A stretch of 64,000 nucleotides of DNA from an uncultured Chlamydiales bacterium (GTDB lineage Bacteria; Chlamydiota; Chlamydiia; Chlamydiales; Rhabdochlamydiaceae): the NCBI GenBank assembly GCA_963700985.1, contig OY969554.1:1728001-1792000 (forward strand), given 5' to 3'. Positions within the stretch are counted from its first letter, which is position 1. Every line of letters begins with the position of its first letter. This document shows, in pieces, positions 1 through 9,281 of this stretch. The notes below the pieces were generated by a model. It searched no databases. It was not told the DNA's origin and saw only the letters and a list, made by a program, of their open reading frames with translations. A program made the translations under genes and the position numbers.

Positions 1-828
1 AACGTTACCGTAGAGGCTAACACCAGCTCCGAGTCCCCAAGTTGTGTTCAAACCGCCGCGTAGACCCACGCCCCAGAAGTTATTTCTTGAGTGAACGTAG
101 TCTTGATCAGCACCAGCGAGAATGCCAGCGTCTGTATATGGAGTGAAGAAGTTTCCACCTTCATATTCAAACTTCTGCTTCTGACGTAACCACATGCCTC
201 TTGCACCAATGTGCGGACGGACAGTCATCCACTTGCTGACGAAGAATTCTCTTCCGAGTTCTAAGTCAACCAGGTTGAGTCTAGCTCTCCAATATTTTCT
301 CTGAGCTTCTGTTACATAAGTAGCGTCAGCGTTTGTATAGTCTTTTGGAAAGTAGATAGGCTGGAAGATTTCGCATGAAGTGCAGCAGTCGCAATCAGCT
401 TCATGTTTTTTGTCTTTGCTTTGGAAATTCGTCCACATGAGTGTTAGATCCCAACCATCATGAGGCATGTTGTAGCCGATACCTACGCGGAAACCTGGTT
501 CCCATTTTCCACGGAAATGAACGCCGTTACCAGAATTCACGCCGTTAAGCGCAGGTGTGTTGTTCATCTGAACTGCGTAGTCCAAATTATCTTCTCTAGC
601 TCTCCAAATGAGAACTTCACCAGTAATGAAGATATCCACGCCGTCTTTTACAATTGGACGAGCTGGTGGATTGATCATTCCACCGTTTCCGCCTTTCTTT
701 TGTTCAAGAGCAGTCACGCGGTTCTCGAGGTTGCGCACTTGCGCATCATCGGCAGCATTCAGGAAGCTTGTGAAAGCAACCAGTGATAAAGCCGCTGCAG
801 GCCCCATCTTTTTGAAAATCCAATCCAT
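1..828 (-). CDS. MOMP-like/Lpg1974-family outer membrane beta-barrel porin (3' end runs off the window)
   Basis: Manual translation from ATG at 828: MDWIFKKMGPAAALSLVAFTSFLNAADDAQVRNLENRV...INPPARP...DCDCCTSC; clear paralog of the next two ORFs; purine-rich RBS upstream. Confidence 0.85.
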   Translation of the reverse strand, partial: MDWIFKKMGPAAALSLVAFTSFLNAADDAQVRNLENRVTALEQKKGGNGGMINPPARPIVKDGVDIFITGEVLIWRAREDNLDYAVQMNNTPALNGVNSGNGVHFRGKWEPGFRVGIGYNMPHDGWDLTLMWTNFQSKDKKHEADCDCCTSCEIFQPIYFPKDYTNADATYVTEAQRKYWRARLNLVDLELGREFFVSKWMTVRPHIGARGMWLRQKQKFEYEGGNFFTPYTDAGILAGADQDYVHSRNNFWGVGLRGGLNTTWGLGAGVSLYGNV

Positions 829-917
829 ATAGATCCCCCTAGGTTTTGGATCGAGTGAAAAACTTGTGGTATGCATTAGGACCACATGTCCATATGTGCT
901 TACCATTTAATAACCTC

Positions 918-947
918 ACTCTAAGTTCAAATTTTATTTCGCGTCAA
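918..947 (-). promoter_or_regulatory. Putative sigma66-type promoter of the first porin gene
   Basis: Minus strand TTGACG-N18-TAGAGT; near-identical to the element at 3474-3503. Confidence 0.5.
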
Positions 948-1010
948 CAAAAAATCCAAAAAACTTAATTTTTTTTCAATGAGTACATAGATAAATCTGA
1001 AAGAAGTGAC

Positions 1011-1046
1011 AAAAAAGAAGAGGCCTAGAATTTCATCTAGGCCTCT
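1011..1046 (-). terminator. Rho-independent terminator after the second porin gene
   Basis: 11-bp stem AGAGGCCTAGA/TCTAGGCCTCT followed by a T-rich tract on the minus strand. Confidence 0.8.
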
Positions 1047-1078
1047 ATGTAAAACAGTCGCTGTTCGTCTCTAATTTC

Positions 1079-2245
1079 TTAGAAGTCGAAGCCCATGCCG
1101 ATATTTACACCTGCAACAGAAAAATCTCCGTTGTTTTCATTCATAGAAGAGAAAGTGTCTCCGCCAAAACGGATAAACTTGCTCTGTCCCCAGAAGTAGT
1201 GGTGTTCCCAGCCGGCCCAGATTCCCAAGCCCCAGCTATCATCATTGAAAGTGGCGTCGTAGCGTAGGCCAAATGCTAAATCGGCCACAGGTCGGCAAAC
1301 TTGGAATTTGTCTGTGAAATTCGACACAACGACATTGGTGCCAGTTTCGCCTTCGCCAGTGTAGAAATCATGATTTTGTGTCAGTCTGAGCTTTCCCCAG
1401 AGAGCAGAAAGAGCAACTTTTCCATACAAGCTAACTCCAGCTCCAAGACCCCATGTAGAATCCAACCCCCCACGTAAGCCTACGCCCCAGAAGTTATTCT
1501 TCATGAAAACGAAGTCTTGATTTGCCCCTGGAAGAACTCCATCTACGTCATAAGCTACAAAGAAGTTACCGCCTTCATACTCAAACTTCTGTTTCTGATG
1601 TAGCCACATGCCACGTACACCAATGTGGGGACGTACTGTGAGCCACTTGCTGACGAAGAACTCTCTTCCCAACTCGAGATCAGCCATATTGAGTCTGGCT
1701 CTCCAATATTTTGCATTAGCCTCATCGACATAAAGGGCGGCGCCTGCGGTGCTATCCTTTGGGTAGTAAATTGGCTCGAAGATGTTCGCGTTGCATATTT
1801 GGCAGCAGTCGCAATCTGCACCGTGTTTCTTGTCTTTGCTTAAGAAGTTTGTCCAAGTGAGGTTCAGATCCCAGCCGTCGTGAGGCATGTTATAGCCGAT
1901 CCCCAGACGGATGCCAGGTCTCCATTTTCCTCTGAAGTGCACACCGTTGCCGGAATTGATGCCATTTAAGGTGGGCACTTGGTCTAGCTGCACAGCATAG
2001 TCCATGTTATCTTGCCTAGCTCTCCAAACGAGAATTTCACCGGTAAAGAAGATATCTACGCCATCGGTAACAACCGGACGTGCAGGAGGATTGATCATTC
2101 CTCCACTTCCACCTTTTTTCTCCTCGAGTGCAGTGACACGATTGTCCAGATTGCGCAAGTGCGCATCTTCTGCTGCATGCAGAAAGCCTGTGAAAGCGAC
2201 CAGAGACAGAGCCACTGGTCCCATCATTTTGAACATCCAATTCAT
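1079..2245 (-). CDS. MOMP-like/Lpg1974-family outer membrane porin
   Basis: Signal peptide, short coiled coil, amphipathic beta strands, C-terminal Phe (GFDF); DLELGREFFVSK and GWEHHYF motifs. Confidence 0.85.
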   Translation of the reverse strand: MNWMFKMMGPVALSLVAFTGFLHAAEDAHLRNLDNRVTALEEKKGGSGGMINPPARPVVTDGVDIFFTGEILVWRARQDNMDYAVQLDQVPTLNGINSGNGVHFRGKWRPGIRLGIGYNMPHDGWDLNLTWTNFLSKDKKHGADCDCCQICNANIFEPIYYPKDSTAGAALYVDEANAKYWRARLNMADLELGREFFVSKWLTVRPHIGVRGMWLHQKQKFEYEGGNFFVAYDVDGVLPGANQDFVFMKNNFWGVGLRGGLDSTWGLGAGVSLYGKVALSALWGKLRLTQNHDFYTGEGETGTNVVVSNFTDKFQVCRPVADLAFGLRYDATFNDDSWGLGIWAGWEHHYFWGQSKFIRFGGDTFSSMNENNGDFSVAGVNIGMGFDF

Positions 2246-2274
2246 AAAAATTACCTCGTTAATATTTGTTTAAA

Positions 2275-3432
2275 TTAAAAATCAAAACTCATACCCGCAT
2301 TGAAGCCTGCAAAGGAGAGATCTCCATTGAGTTGATCCATGCTAGCAAAATGGTCGCCTCCAAATTTGATGAGCTTGTTTTGGCCCCAAAAATAGTGTTG
2401 TTCCCAGCCAGCCCAAATTCCAAAACCCCAATTATCCTCGTTAAAGGTGGTGTCATAGCTTAAGCCCAGTGCCAAATCAGCCACAGGTCTGCAGACTTGG
2501 AATCGATCGTAGAAAGTATCTTGAGTCACAATATTGCCAGCTGTGGTTTCAAGCGTGTGATTATGCGTAACTTTGAATCTTCCCCAAAGAGCTGAAAGTG
2601 CGAGTTTGGCGTAGACGCTAACTCCTGCACCTACTCCCCAAACGGTATCTACGCCACCACGCAGGCCCATGCCCCAGAAGTTATTGCGCATCGACAGATA
2701 GTCTGTCTCGTAGGGAGTCCCAAAAGTAGAGATAATTGGGGAAAGGAAATTTCCGCCTTCATATTCAATACGGAATTTCTGGTGGACCCACGCACTTCTC
2801 AGGCCAGCATGAGGACGCACAGTTACCCACTTGCTGACATAAAACTCACGACCGAGTTCGAGATCGAGAATATTGAGGTTGATCCTCCAATGTTTTCCTC
2901 TAGCTTCAGTGACGTAAGGATTGTCTGTAACGGTGGTATCGATATCATCGAGATTGACATCTTTGGGGAAGAAAATAGGTTCAAAGATTTCTGGGCATAT
3001 ACAATCTGTTCGGTCGTGTTTATTATTGCTATGGAAGCGTGCCCAAGAGAGATCGAGATCCCAACCATCATGCGGAGTATTGTACCCTATGCCCAAGCGG
3101 AAACCGGCGTTCCATTTTCCTTTGAAATGTTCCGATGTTCCATGAATTGGCGCACTCGGCAGAGGAATTTGATCGAGTTGTATTGCATAGTCTAAGTTGT
3201 CTTCTCTCGCTCTCCATACAAGGACTTCTCCTGTGATGAAGATATCTACGCCATCCTTTACGACGGGCCGTGCTGGAGGATTGATCTCTGTGGAGCTTGT
3301 TCTTTCTTCGACAGCGGTAAGGCGCTTTTCAAACTCGCGCATCTGCGCATCTTCGGCAGCATTTAAGCTTGCAGTGAATGCAATAAGAGAAAAAAGAGCT
3401 GTTGACGCACTTTGTTTTAGATATCGATTCAT
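2275..3432 (-). CDS. MOMP-like/Lpg1974-family outer membrane porin
   Basis: Paralog of 1079-2245 with the same motifs; ends SFDF. Confidence 0.85.
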   Translation of the reverse strand: MNRYLKQSASTALFSLIAFTASLNAAEDAQMREFEKRLTAVEERTSSTEINPPARPVVKDGVDIFITGEVLVWRAREDNLDYAIQLDQIPLPSAPIHGTSEHFKGKWNAGFRLGIGYNTPHDGWDLDLSWARFHSNNKHDRTDCICPEIFEPIFFPKDVNLDDIDTTVTDNPYVTEARGKHWRINLNILDLELGREFYVSKWVTVRPHAGLRSAWVHQKFRIEYEGGNFLSPIISTFGTPYETDYLSMRNNFWGMGLRGGVDTVWGVGAGVSVYAKLALSALWGRFKVTHNHTLETTAGNIVTQDTFYDRFQVCRPVADLALGLSYDTTFNEDNWGFGIWAGWEQHYFWGQNKLIKFGGDHFASMDQLNGDLSFAGFNAGMSFDF

Positions 3433-3473
3433 ACGAGTCTCCCTGTTTGTTTTATGTCAAAGCGAAGCCAAAG

Positions 3474-3503
3474 ATGTTAATTTCAAATTTTGCTTCGTGT
3501 CAA
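3474..3503 (-). promoter_or_regulatory. Putative sigma66-type promoter of the porin at 2275-3432
   Basis: Minus strand TTGACA-N18-TAACAT about 40 nt upstream of the ATG. Confidence 0.55.
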
Positions 3504-3537
3504 CGAAATAAATTAGAGTTCTTTCGAAAGAAGTCTG

Positions 3538-4377
3538 TTAGGCTTTGAGAGTTTCTAAGATGCTAGTGATTTCTCGTAACCAGAGAAGAGATTGTTTAGC
3601 GAGCTGTTGCAAGATGAAATACCAGCCAGCCCACAAGAGAGCGATTCCAAGGAGTGATTTAAGCGACATGCCCAAGAAAGCAATTTGCACCTGAGGCGCT
3701 AGGCGATTGGCAATTCCGAGAAACATTTCAGCCATTAAGATTGAGATAATTGCTGGAGCGGCCATTTGGATGGAAAGCAGAGTAAACTCAGTTAGCAGAT
3801 GTGTGATGGCTTGCCAAAAAGGTAACTTCAGGTTGAAAAATGCCGCCTGGATAACTCCGTCAACTGGGATCAGTTTAAAAGATTGCATCACGCCATCGAA
3901 GAAGAAGAAGGGTCCGTTGATCTGAAAAAAAAGCACGATTAATACGTAATTATAAAGTAATCCAATCGGTGTGACTTGGGCTTGAGTTGTCGGATCGGTA
4001 ACGCCTAGAGAGGATGAACCGCGCATGAAGTCGATCAATACGCCGGCTGCTTGCGCAAAATAAAAAGGGATCGAGACCATAAACCCAAGCAGTGAGCCGA
4101 TAAAGATTTCCTTAATCAGATATCCCGTAAATGAAAGATCAAAGACCGCCGCATGATGGCTGGTGAAGATAATCTGAGGCAACATAACGGCTGTAAGCGA
4201 CAGCGCAAGGCCGATCTTTACCCCTTGAGGAAGCTTAGATCCTAAAAAAGGGGCAAGGGCAACAATGGGCGCAATGCGCATCAATCCCAGCAAGAATGAG
4301 AGCAATACCGAAACTGGTGCCACGCCAGGAATGCTAAGAATCAGTGAGAGATAATCTGAAGTCGGAGAGACGTTCAC
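3538..4377 (-). CDS. sctT: Type III secretion export apparatus protein SctT
   Basis: Polytopic membrane protein with GIANRLAPQVQI motif; follows sctS. Confidence 0.93.
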   Translation of the reverse strand: MNVSPTSDYLSLILSIPGVAPVSVLLSFLLGLMRIAPIVALAPFLGSKLPQGVKIGLALSLTAVMLPQIIFTSHHAAVFDLSFTGYLIKEIFIGSLLGFMVSIPFYFAQAAGVLIDFMRGSSSLGVTDPTTQAQVTPIGLLYNYVLIVLFFQINGPFFFFDGVMQSFKLIPVDGVIQAAFFNLKLPFWQAITHLLTEFTLLSIQMAAPAIISILMAEMFLGIANRLAPQVQIAFLGMSLKSLLGIALLWAGWYFILQQLAKQSLLWLREITSILETLKA

Positions 4378-4647
4378 TTAAGAAGACCATTTATAGAAGT
4401 TCATAAAGATGGTCGTGCTAAATTGCATAATTTGACTTCCTAGCCAGCCACCCATAAGAAGAAGCACGATCATCACGGCAAAAAGTTTGACCATGAACGA
4501 GAGTGTCTGCTCCTGAATCTGTGTTGCCGCCTGAAAAATGGCCACAAAGAGGCCGAGCAGCGTACTAATTAGGATGGGAGGTCCTGATAAGATCAGAATC
4601 AAAAGCAGGGCTTGGTAAGCGAGTTGGTAGATTTCTGCAGCGAACAC
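4378..4647 (-). CDS. sctS: Type III secretion export apparatus protein SctS
   Basis: FQAATQIQEQTLSF motif; 89 aa. Confidence 0.95.
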   Translation of the reverse strand: MFAAEIYQLAYQALLLILILSGPPILISTLLGLFVAIFQAATQIQEQTLSFMVKLFAVMIVLLLMGGWLGSQIMQFSTTIFMNFYKWSS

Positions 4648-4665
4648 GCGATCTTTCTCCTTGGT

Positions 4666-5472
4666 TTACCGGAATGAGAGGACAAGTCCTTGTATCAGGA
4701 GCGTCCAGCCATCCACCATTACGAGCAAAAGCAGTTTTAACGGTAGCGCGATGGTTAGAGGCGAGAGCATCATCATCCCCATGGCGAGCAAGATGTTAGA
4801 AGTCACAAGATCGATGACGAAAAAGGGCAGATAAATCAGCACGCCTATCTCAAATGCAGATTTTAGCTGCGACGTAATAAAAGCTGGAATGAGGACGATA
4901 AAATCATTGGGCTGAAGAGATGTGCGAAAATTATCTGGAAAGCTCTTATAGGCCAGTTGATAAAAACTGGTCATGTGCTTGCCGATCGTGTTTCTTTGCA
5001 AAAATTGCCTCAATGGCTCTTTAGCTTTGTCTACCACATTGACGACATAAGAAGCCGTGGGGGCAGAGAAAAGCTCGGTGGGAGCTTCGGATTTTATGTA
5101 ATCGCCAGCAGCAGTATACATGGCAAGGCCTGTGGGAAACATGACGTAAACGGTCATGAGTAGCGCAATGCCGTTAAGCACTTGGTTCGGAGGAGATTGC
5201 TGTACGCCCAAAGCGTTTCGCAGAAGAGAGAGCACGACTACAATTTTGACAAAAGAGGTGAGTAGCATCACGGCAAAAGGCAGGATCGAAAGGCCTGCTA
5301 AAACTGCGAGTTCAATGACCAGCGGTGGCGGCGCATTTTCATCGGGGTTTTCCATATTTGCAAATGCTGGAATGCTAGATGAGCGCAGAGTCTCATCCTG
5401 AGCTAGAAGTGGCGCTGCAAAGCAGCAGCAAAGACACAAAAAGAAAAAAGCGAGTTTCAGTTTCGAACGCAT
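4666..5472 (-). CDS. sctR: Type III secretion export apparatus protein SctR
   Basis: LRNALGVQQSPPNQ, AFEIGVLIYLPF and LAMGMMMLSP motifs. Confidence 0.95.
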   Translation of the reverse strand: MRSKLKLAFFFLCLCCCFAAPLLAQDETLRSSSIPAFANMENPDENAPPPLVIELAVLAGLSILPFAVMLLTSFVKIVVVLSLLRNALGVQQSPPNQVLNGIALLMTVYVMFPTGLAMYTAAGDYIKSEAPTELFSAPTASYVVNVVDKAKEPLRQFLQRNTIGKHMTSFYQLAYKSFPDNFRTSLQPNDFIVLIPAFITSQLKSAFEIGVLIYLPFFVIDLVTSNILLAMGMMMLSPLTIALPLKLLLLVMVDGWTLLIQGLVLSFR

Positions 5473-5620
5473 TTTAAACCTTTACAAAGCTACCACGACA
5501 CAATATCACTCCCTCGAATATGCCACAACGTATTGGCTAAAAGATCAAAAATAAGGAGGAGTTTTTATCGGGCTGCACCGCTCTCTCCCTCCCCCTCACC
5601 GGGGGCCCCTTCCGTGTTGG

Positions 5621-5717
5621 CGTTGCAGTGCCTATTTTTGAGATTTTCACACTGAAGCTGAAGACTCGCTTTAATTTAAGTTAAGCATTACTAAAGGAAA
5701 AGTCAGGCACTGCAACG
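5621..5717. repeat. MITE/REP-like element with 13-bp terminal inverted repeats
   Basis: CGTTGCAGTGCCT (5621-5633) and AGGCACTGCAACG (5705-5717) are perfect reverse complements around an AT-rich non-coding core. Confidence 0.6.
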
Positions 5718-5791
5718 AGCAGCGGGAGATGGAATCCCCGACATGTCTATGGAGGCCGTAACCAAATACATCCAACTCTCAATAAATTTGG

Positions 5792-6415
5792 TTAGCGTTT
5801 TTTGAAGCGGTCGAAGGCGGCTTCGAGGGCGCGCCATTGATTTTCGATGGTGGCATTGATGATGCCGGATTCGGTTTCGATGATGCAGCCGCCGGGGGTA
5901 ATGTCGGGGCGATCGAGGATAGAGAGGCTTTCTACTTGTTCCAGAAGGTCGCGGATTTTGGATTTGTGTGCTTCAACGATCTCACGCTCTTCTTTGCTGA
6001 CGTAAATTTTGATGCGATGGTTTTGAGTGATAGGAGCTAGTGCCTGCAAGACGATATCGACGATGGTCTCTGGGTGTGCCTCGAGCTCTTTGCTAACGAT
6101 TTTTTTAGCTGCTTTCAGAGCGAGTGGAAGCACTGCTTGCATCGCATCGTGGCGTATTTTTTTGAGTTCGGTGTCAAAAAAAAGTAGCTGATCATTGAAA
6201 CGTGCAAGTCCCTCGGCAAAGCCCTCATCTTCAGCTTGCTTGCGCAATTGGACGCACTCTTCTTGGGTGGCCTGATGCAACTGTTTGGCATCATCTTGGG
6301 CTTTTTGAACGATTTCCTTAGCCTCGAGCAGGATGCTGTATTGATCGGCAGGGATAACTTTTTCCTCGGACGCCGGATGGACCTCGCCTTGATAGATAAG
6401 AGAGAAGAATTTCAT
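5792..6415 (-). CDS. sctL: Type III secretion stator protein SctL
   Basis: Chlamydial MKFFSLI start; GGCIIETESGIINA motif of the FliH/YscL family. Confidence 0.92.
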   Translation of the reverse strand: MKFFSLIYQGEVHPASEEKVIPADQYSILLEAKEIVQKAQDDAKQLHQATQEECVQLRKQAEDEGFAEGLARFNDQLLFFDTELKKIRHDAMQAVLPLALKAAKKIVSKELEAHPETIVDIVLQALAPITQNHRIKIYVSKEEREIVEAHKSKIRDLLEQVESLSILDRPDITPGGCIIETESGIINATIENQWRALEAAFDRFKKR

Positions 6416-7287
6416 GCGTCTTTGGAGGGTTGTGGAGTTTGAATATGAGTGAGTAGCTCAGTTACTTGACTGATGAGAATTTCCTGGGCACGCACATGTT
6501 CGAGCGGAGTTGAAAGCTTTACAAGAATTTCACCTGCTTCCTTGTCGAGCTTGTGGCTAATATGCCAGAGAAGGCTTTTGCCCTGCTGATACAGAGCTTT
6601 TGCCAAGCGGTTTACACCGCGTTGACGCAGGAGGGCGCGCAAGGTGGATTTTTTGCCATCCCAAGTTTGCAGGTCCATTCTCTTAAAGGTGAGCGGCTCT
6701 TTGTGATGCATAAGAGATTTGAGGAAAGTCAGCTCGTTTGGCAAGAGGGCGGAGTAAATTTTTTTTAAGCGAGCTGTGTCGATGATCTGTTTAACTTCAA
6801 TGGCCAGGTCGTGCAAACCTAATGAATCGAGGAGATTTCCAAGAGAGGCAGGCGAGAGTTCTAAAAGGCCGTTAAGCGGAGATTCTGGCAAGCATTCGAA
6901 GGGGAGTAGTTCTTTTTCTGAGATCTTTTCCCATAAAGTCTGTGTAAAAAATGGGCTGATCGCTGGGTTAAGCTCTACTTTGTGATTTGAAAGAAGTAGG
7001 AGCTTTTTCAAGCTTTTGGCTTGCTCAGCATTAAGGGCTGAGAGAAAGAGGCGTACTTCATTTTCAGAAAAAGTTCGAAAAAGAGGCTCTAACCAGGAGT
7101 AATGGATTCTATTTAAGTTGATTTGAGCGGAGGAGAAGCCCGCAGTTGGATCGTAAGGATATGAATAGGGAATCTCTGAGATTAATTGCTGGTCATCCTC
7201 GGATAGAAAACGGAAGAGTTGATCGCGCTTTTCTTCAGGGCGCTTTTGCAGAAACGACTTGCATACGATGGCTGCAGTAGCATTCAT
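6412..7287 (-). CDS. Chlamydial T3SS-associated protein between sctJ and sctL (CT560-like, probable SctK)
   Basis: Position in the operon; IHYSW motif; helical protein. Confidence 0.7.
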   Translation of the reverse strand: MNATAAIVCKSFLQKRPEEKRDQLFRFLSEDDQQLISEIPYSYPYDPTAGFSSAQINLNRIHYSWLEPLFRTFSENEVRLFLSALNAEQAKSLKKLLLLSNHKVELNPAISPFFTQTLWEKISEKELLPFECLPESPLNGLLELSPASLGNLLDSLGLHDLAIEVKQIIDTARLKKIYSALLPNELTFLKSLMHHKEPLTFKRMDLQTWDGKKSTLRALLRQRGVNRLAKALYQQGKSLLWHISHKLDKEAGEILVKLSTPLEHVRAQEILISQVTELLTHIQTPQPSKDA

Positions 7288-7293
7288 GCAAAA

Positions 7294-8241
7294 TTAGGTT
7301 CTCTCTTCTGGTGGCGCTCTCTCTTTCTTCGGCGCACGTTTTTGCGTTTCCACCGGAATGGGATTTAGTAATTCCTTAAAGCCTCGACCACGCTTCAGCA
7401 GAGGGTAAAACTTCCAGACCATCCAGCCAATAGCAGCTCCGAGAACAAGCGTTAGGATACTGAGAATAAAAAAGAGGGTGCGAAAACGGCTAGCGGAACT
7501 CTTGCTCATCACGATAGACCAGATGCTCACATACTCTTTCGGCTTTGGGGTGAGCTCTTCCATTTGCGGCATGAGGGTGATATCAGTCAGGCGTGAACGA
7601 TCAGAAATAACTGTGACGTCATTCACATCCAGGCCACTGACGCTACCGGCCACTAAACGCTTAATTTTAGTAACAAGATGGCTATTTGGATCATCCAAAA
7701 TGCCTTGATGTTTTACATACACAGATGCCGTGACTTTTCTAAGAACTGTGGCACCCGGGATACCTGTTTCAGCCGGCGGAAAAGAGAGCTGTACGTCGGC
7801 ATCGATAACACCATCGATTTTACGAATCGTATTCGCAATTTGCTCAGCAAGGCCAGCTTGATAGCGGATTGTCTCTTCTCTTTCGGATGACATTAGGCCG
7901 GCTTTGGCGAAAAGATCGAGCAGATTAACGCCCCGTCTTCTCGGAAGGCCATTCTGGTTTAAAAGGGCCATGGCTTCAGTAGATTGTGAAGGTGGAACAG
8001 CAATACTCCAAAGAGGAATGCCACCGCCACCGCCGCCGCCAGGAGCTGTAGACGCGGCTATTTTATCTGCGGGGATATTTTTGCTGGCTAGGAAGACAAC
8101 GATTTCATTGGCTTCGCGTTCTTCAACATCATTGACAATGATCATATTCGTTTCGCAAGCTGCCAAAAGCACGAGAAGTGCACAAAGCAGCCAGCTTGCA
8201 AGCGAACGGATTCGGAGTTTAGTGAAGAATGCAGATGTCAT
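7294..8241 (-). CDS. sctJ: Type III secretion inner-ring lipoprotein SctJ
   Basis: Lipobox LAAC, EREANEI and IRKIDGVIDADV motifs, C-terminal TM helix. Confidence 0.95.
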   Translation of the reverse strand: MTSAFFTKLRIRSLASWLLCALLVLLAACETNMIIVNDVEEREANEIVVFLASKNIPADKIAASTAPGGGGGGGIPLWSIAVPPSQSTEAMALLNQNGLPRRRGVNLLDLFAKAGLMSSEREETIRYQAGLAEQIANTIRKIDGVIDADVQLSFPPAETGIPGATVLRKVTASVYVKHQGILDDPNSHLVTKIKRLVAGSVSGLDVNDVTVISDRSRLTDITLMPQMEELTPKPKEYVSIWSIVMSKSSASRFRTLFFILSILTLVLGAAIGWMVWKFYPLLKRGRGFKELLNPIPVETQKRAPKKERAPPEERT

Positions 8242-8276
8242 CGGTTCCTTGAGTCAGCGTGATTTATAAGTCCACT

Positions 8277-9281
8277 CTATCTCTTTATAACACTACGCTT
8301 ATTTATCGTCTCGAACAACCACGAAGGTCCATTCCCAAAGCGCCTTAAAAGATAGTCTTTAACGCCTTGTAAGGCGGCGCGGTATTGACGTAGCTTCTGC
8401 CGTTTCTGGGCTTTTTTTTCTTCCGGTTGGTTAAAACTCAAGCAATAGAGTTGAAAGGCTTTAAGGGCTCGCAATTTTAAAAGATGGAAGATCTCGGGCA
8501 GCAGCACCCGGACATAAACAGACACTTTATCCCCAGTGGAAAGATTTCGCTCAATCCAGAAGAGGCGATTGCGCCACCAGTAGTAGGTCGTATGGGGTTT
8601 GCCGCCTACAAAGGAAGCGGAGACTTTATGCCAGATTAAAGCTTCTGGACAGGTCATTGCTAGATATCCTTCTCGGATGGCTCTTTGGCAGAAGTCGGCT
8701 TCTTCCCAGATCAGAAAAAAGCGCGGTTCGAGCATGCCAATTTTTTCAAAGACAACTTTTTTTACTAAGAGAGCCGCTCCGCAGACGTAATCAAGAGGCA
8801 TGCTTTCGATGTTTTTTTTCACTTCTCTATGCCCAATGAAATCAAACGCGGCTTTATTTTTATTCCACATGCCGCCTAAATGATCGAGCCTGCTTGGTTC
8901 CTCAAAAAGATAGATTGTCGCGCCTAAAATGCCTGCATTAGGATAGCGCGCTAATTGTGCTGCATAAGCCGTGAGAAGTCCGGGATCGACAATGGTGTCA
9001 TTATTGAGCAGAAGCACAGCTTCAGCGCCGCTGGAAAGAGCATGTAGAATTCCGACATTATTGCCACCGGCAAAACCGAGGTTTTCGTGCGTCTCAAGCA
9101 GAGTAACCTGAGGAAACTGTGTGCGAATTGCCTCAACTGAGTCGTCGGATGATCCATTGTCAACGACAATGGTTTGAAAATTTGGATACTCGATTTTCTC
9201 GACTGAGGCCAAACAGGCCAGTGTATCTTTTTTCCCGTTCCAATTGAGAATTACAATAGAAATTTTATCGGCGCGCTGCAT
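8277..9281 (-). CDS. Glycosyltransferase family 2 (rhamnosyltransferase-like)
   Basis: ISIVILNWNG, VVDNGSSD, NLGFAGGNN, LLNND and EEADFC motifs. Confidence 0.9.
   Translation of the reverse strand: MQRADKISIVILNWNGKKDTLACLASVEKIEYPNFQTIVVDNGSSDDSVEAIRTQFPQVTLLETHENLGFAGGNNVGILHALSSGAEAVLLLNNDTIVDPGLLTAYAAQLARYPNAGILGATIYLFEEPSRLDHLGGMWNKNKAAFDFIGHREVKKNIESMPLDYVCGAALLVKKVVFEKIGMLEPRFFLIWEEADFCQRAIREGYLAMTCPEALIWHKVSASFVGGKPHTTYYWWRNRLFWIERNLSTGDKVSVYVRVLLPEIFHLLKLRALKAFQLYCLSFNQPEEKKAQKRQKLRQYRAALQGVKDYLLRRFGNGPSWLFETINKRSVIKR

Noticed and set aside
460-3511. Repeated plus-strand ORFs with similar translations
   Set aside because: Antisense shadows of the three paralogous porin genes.
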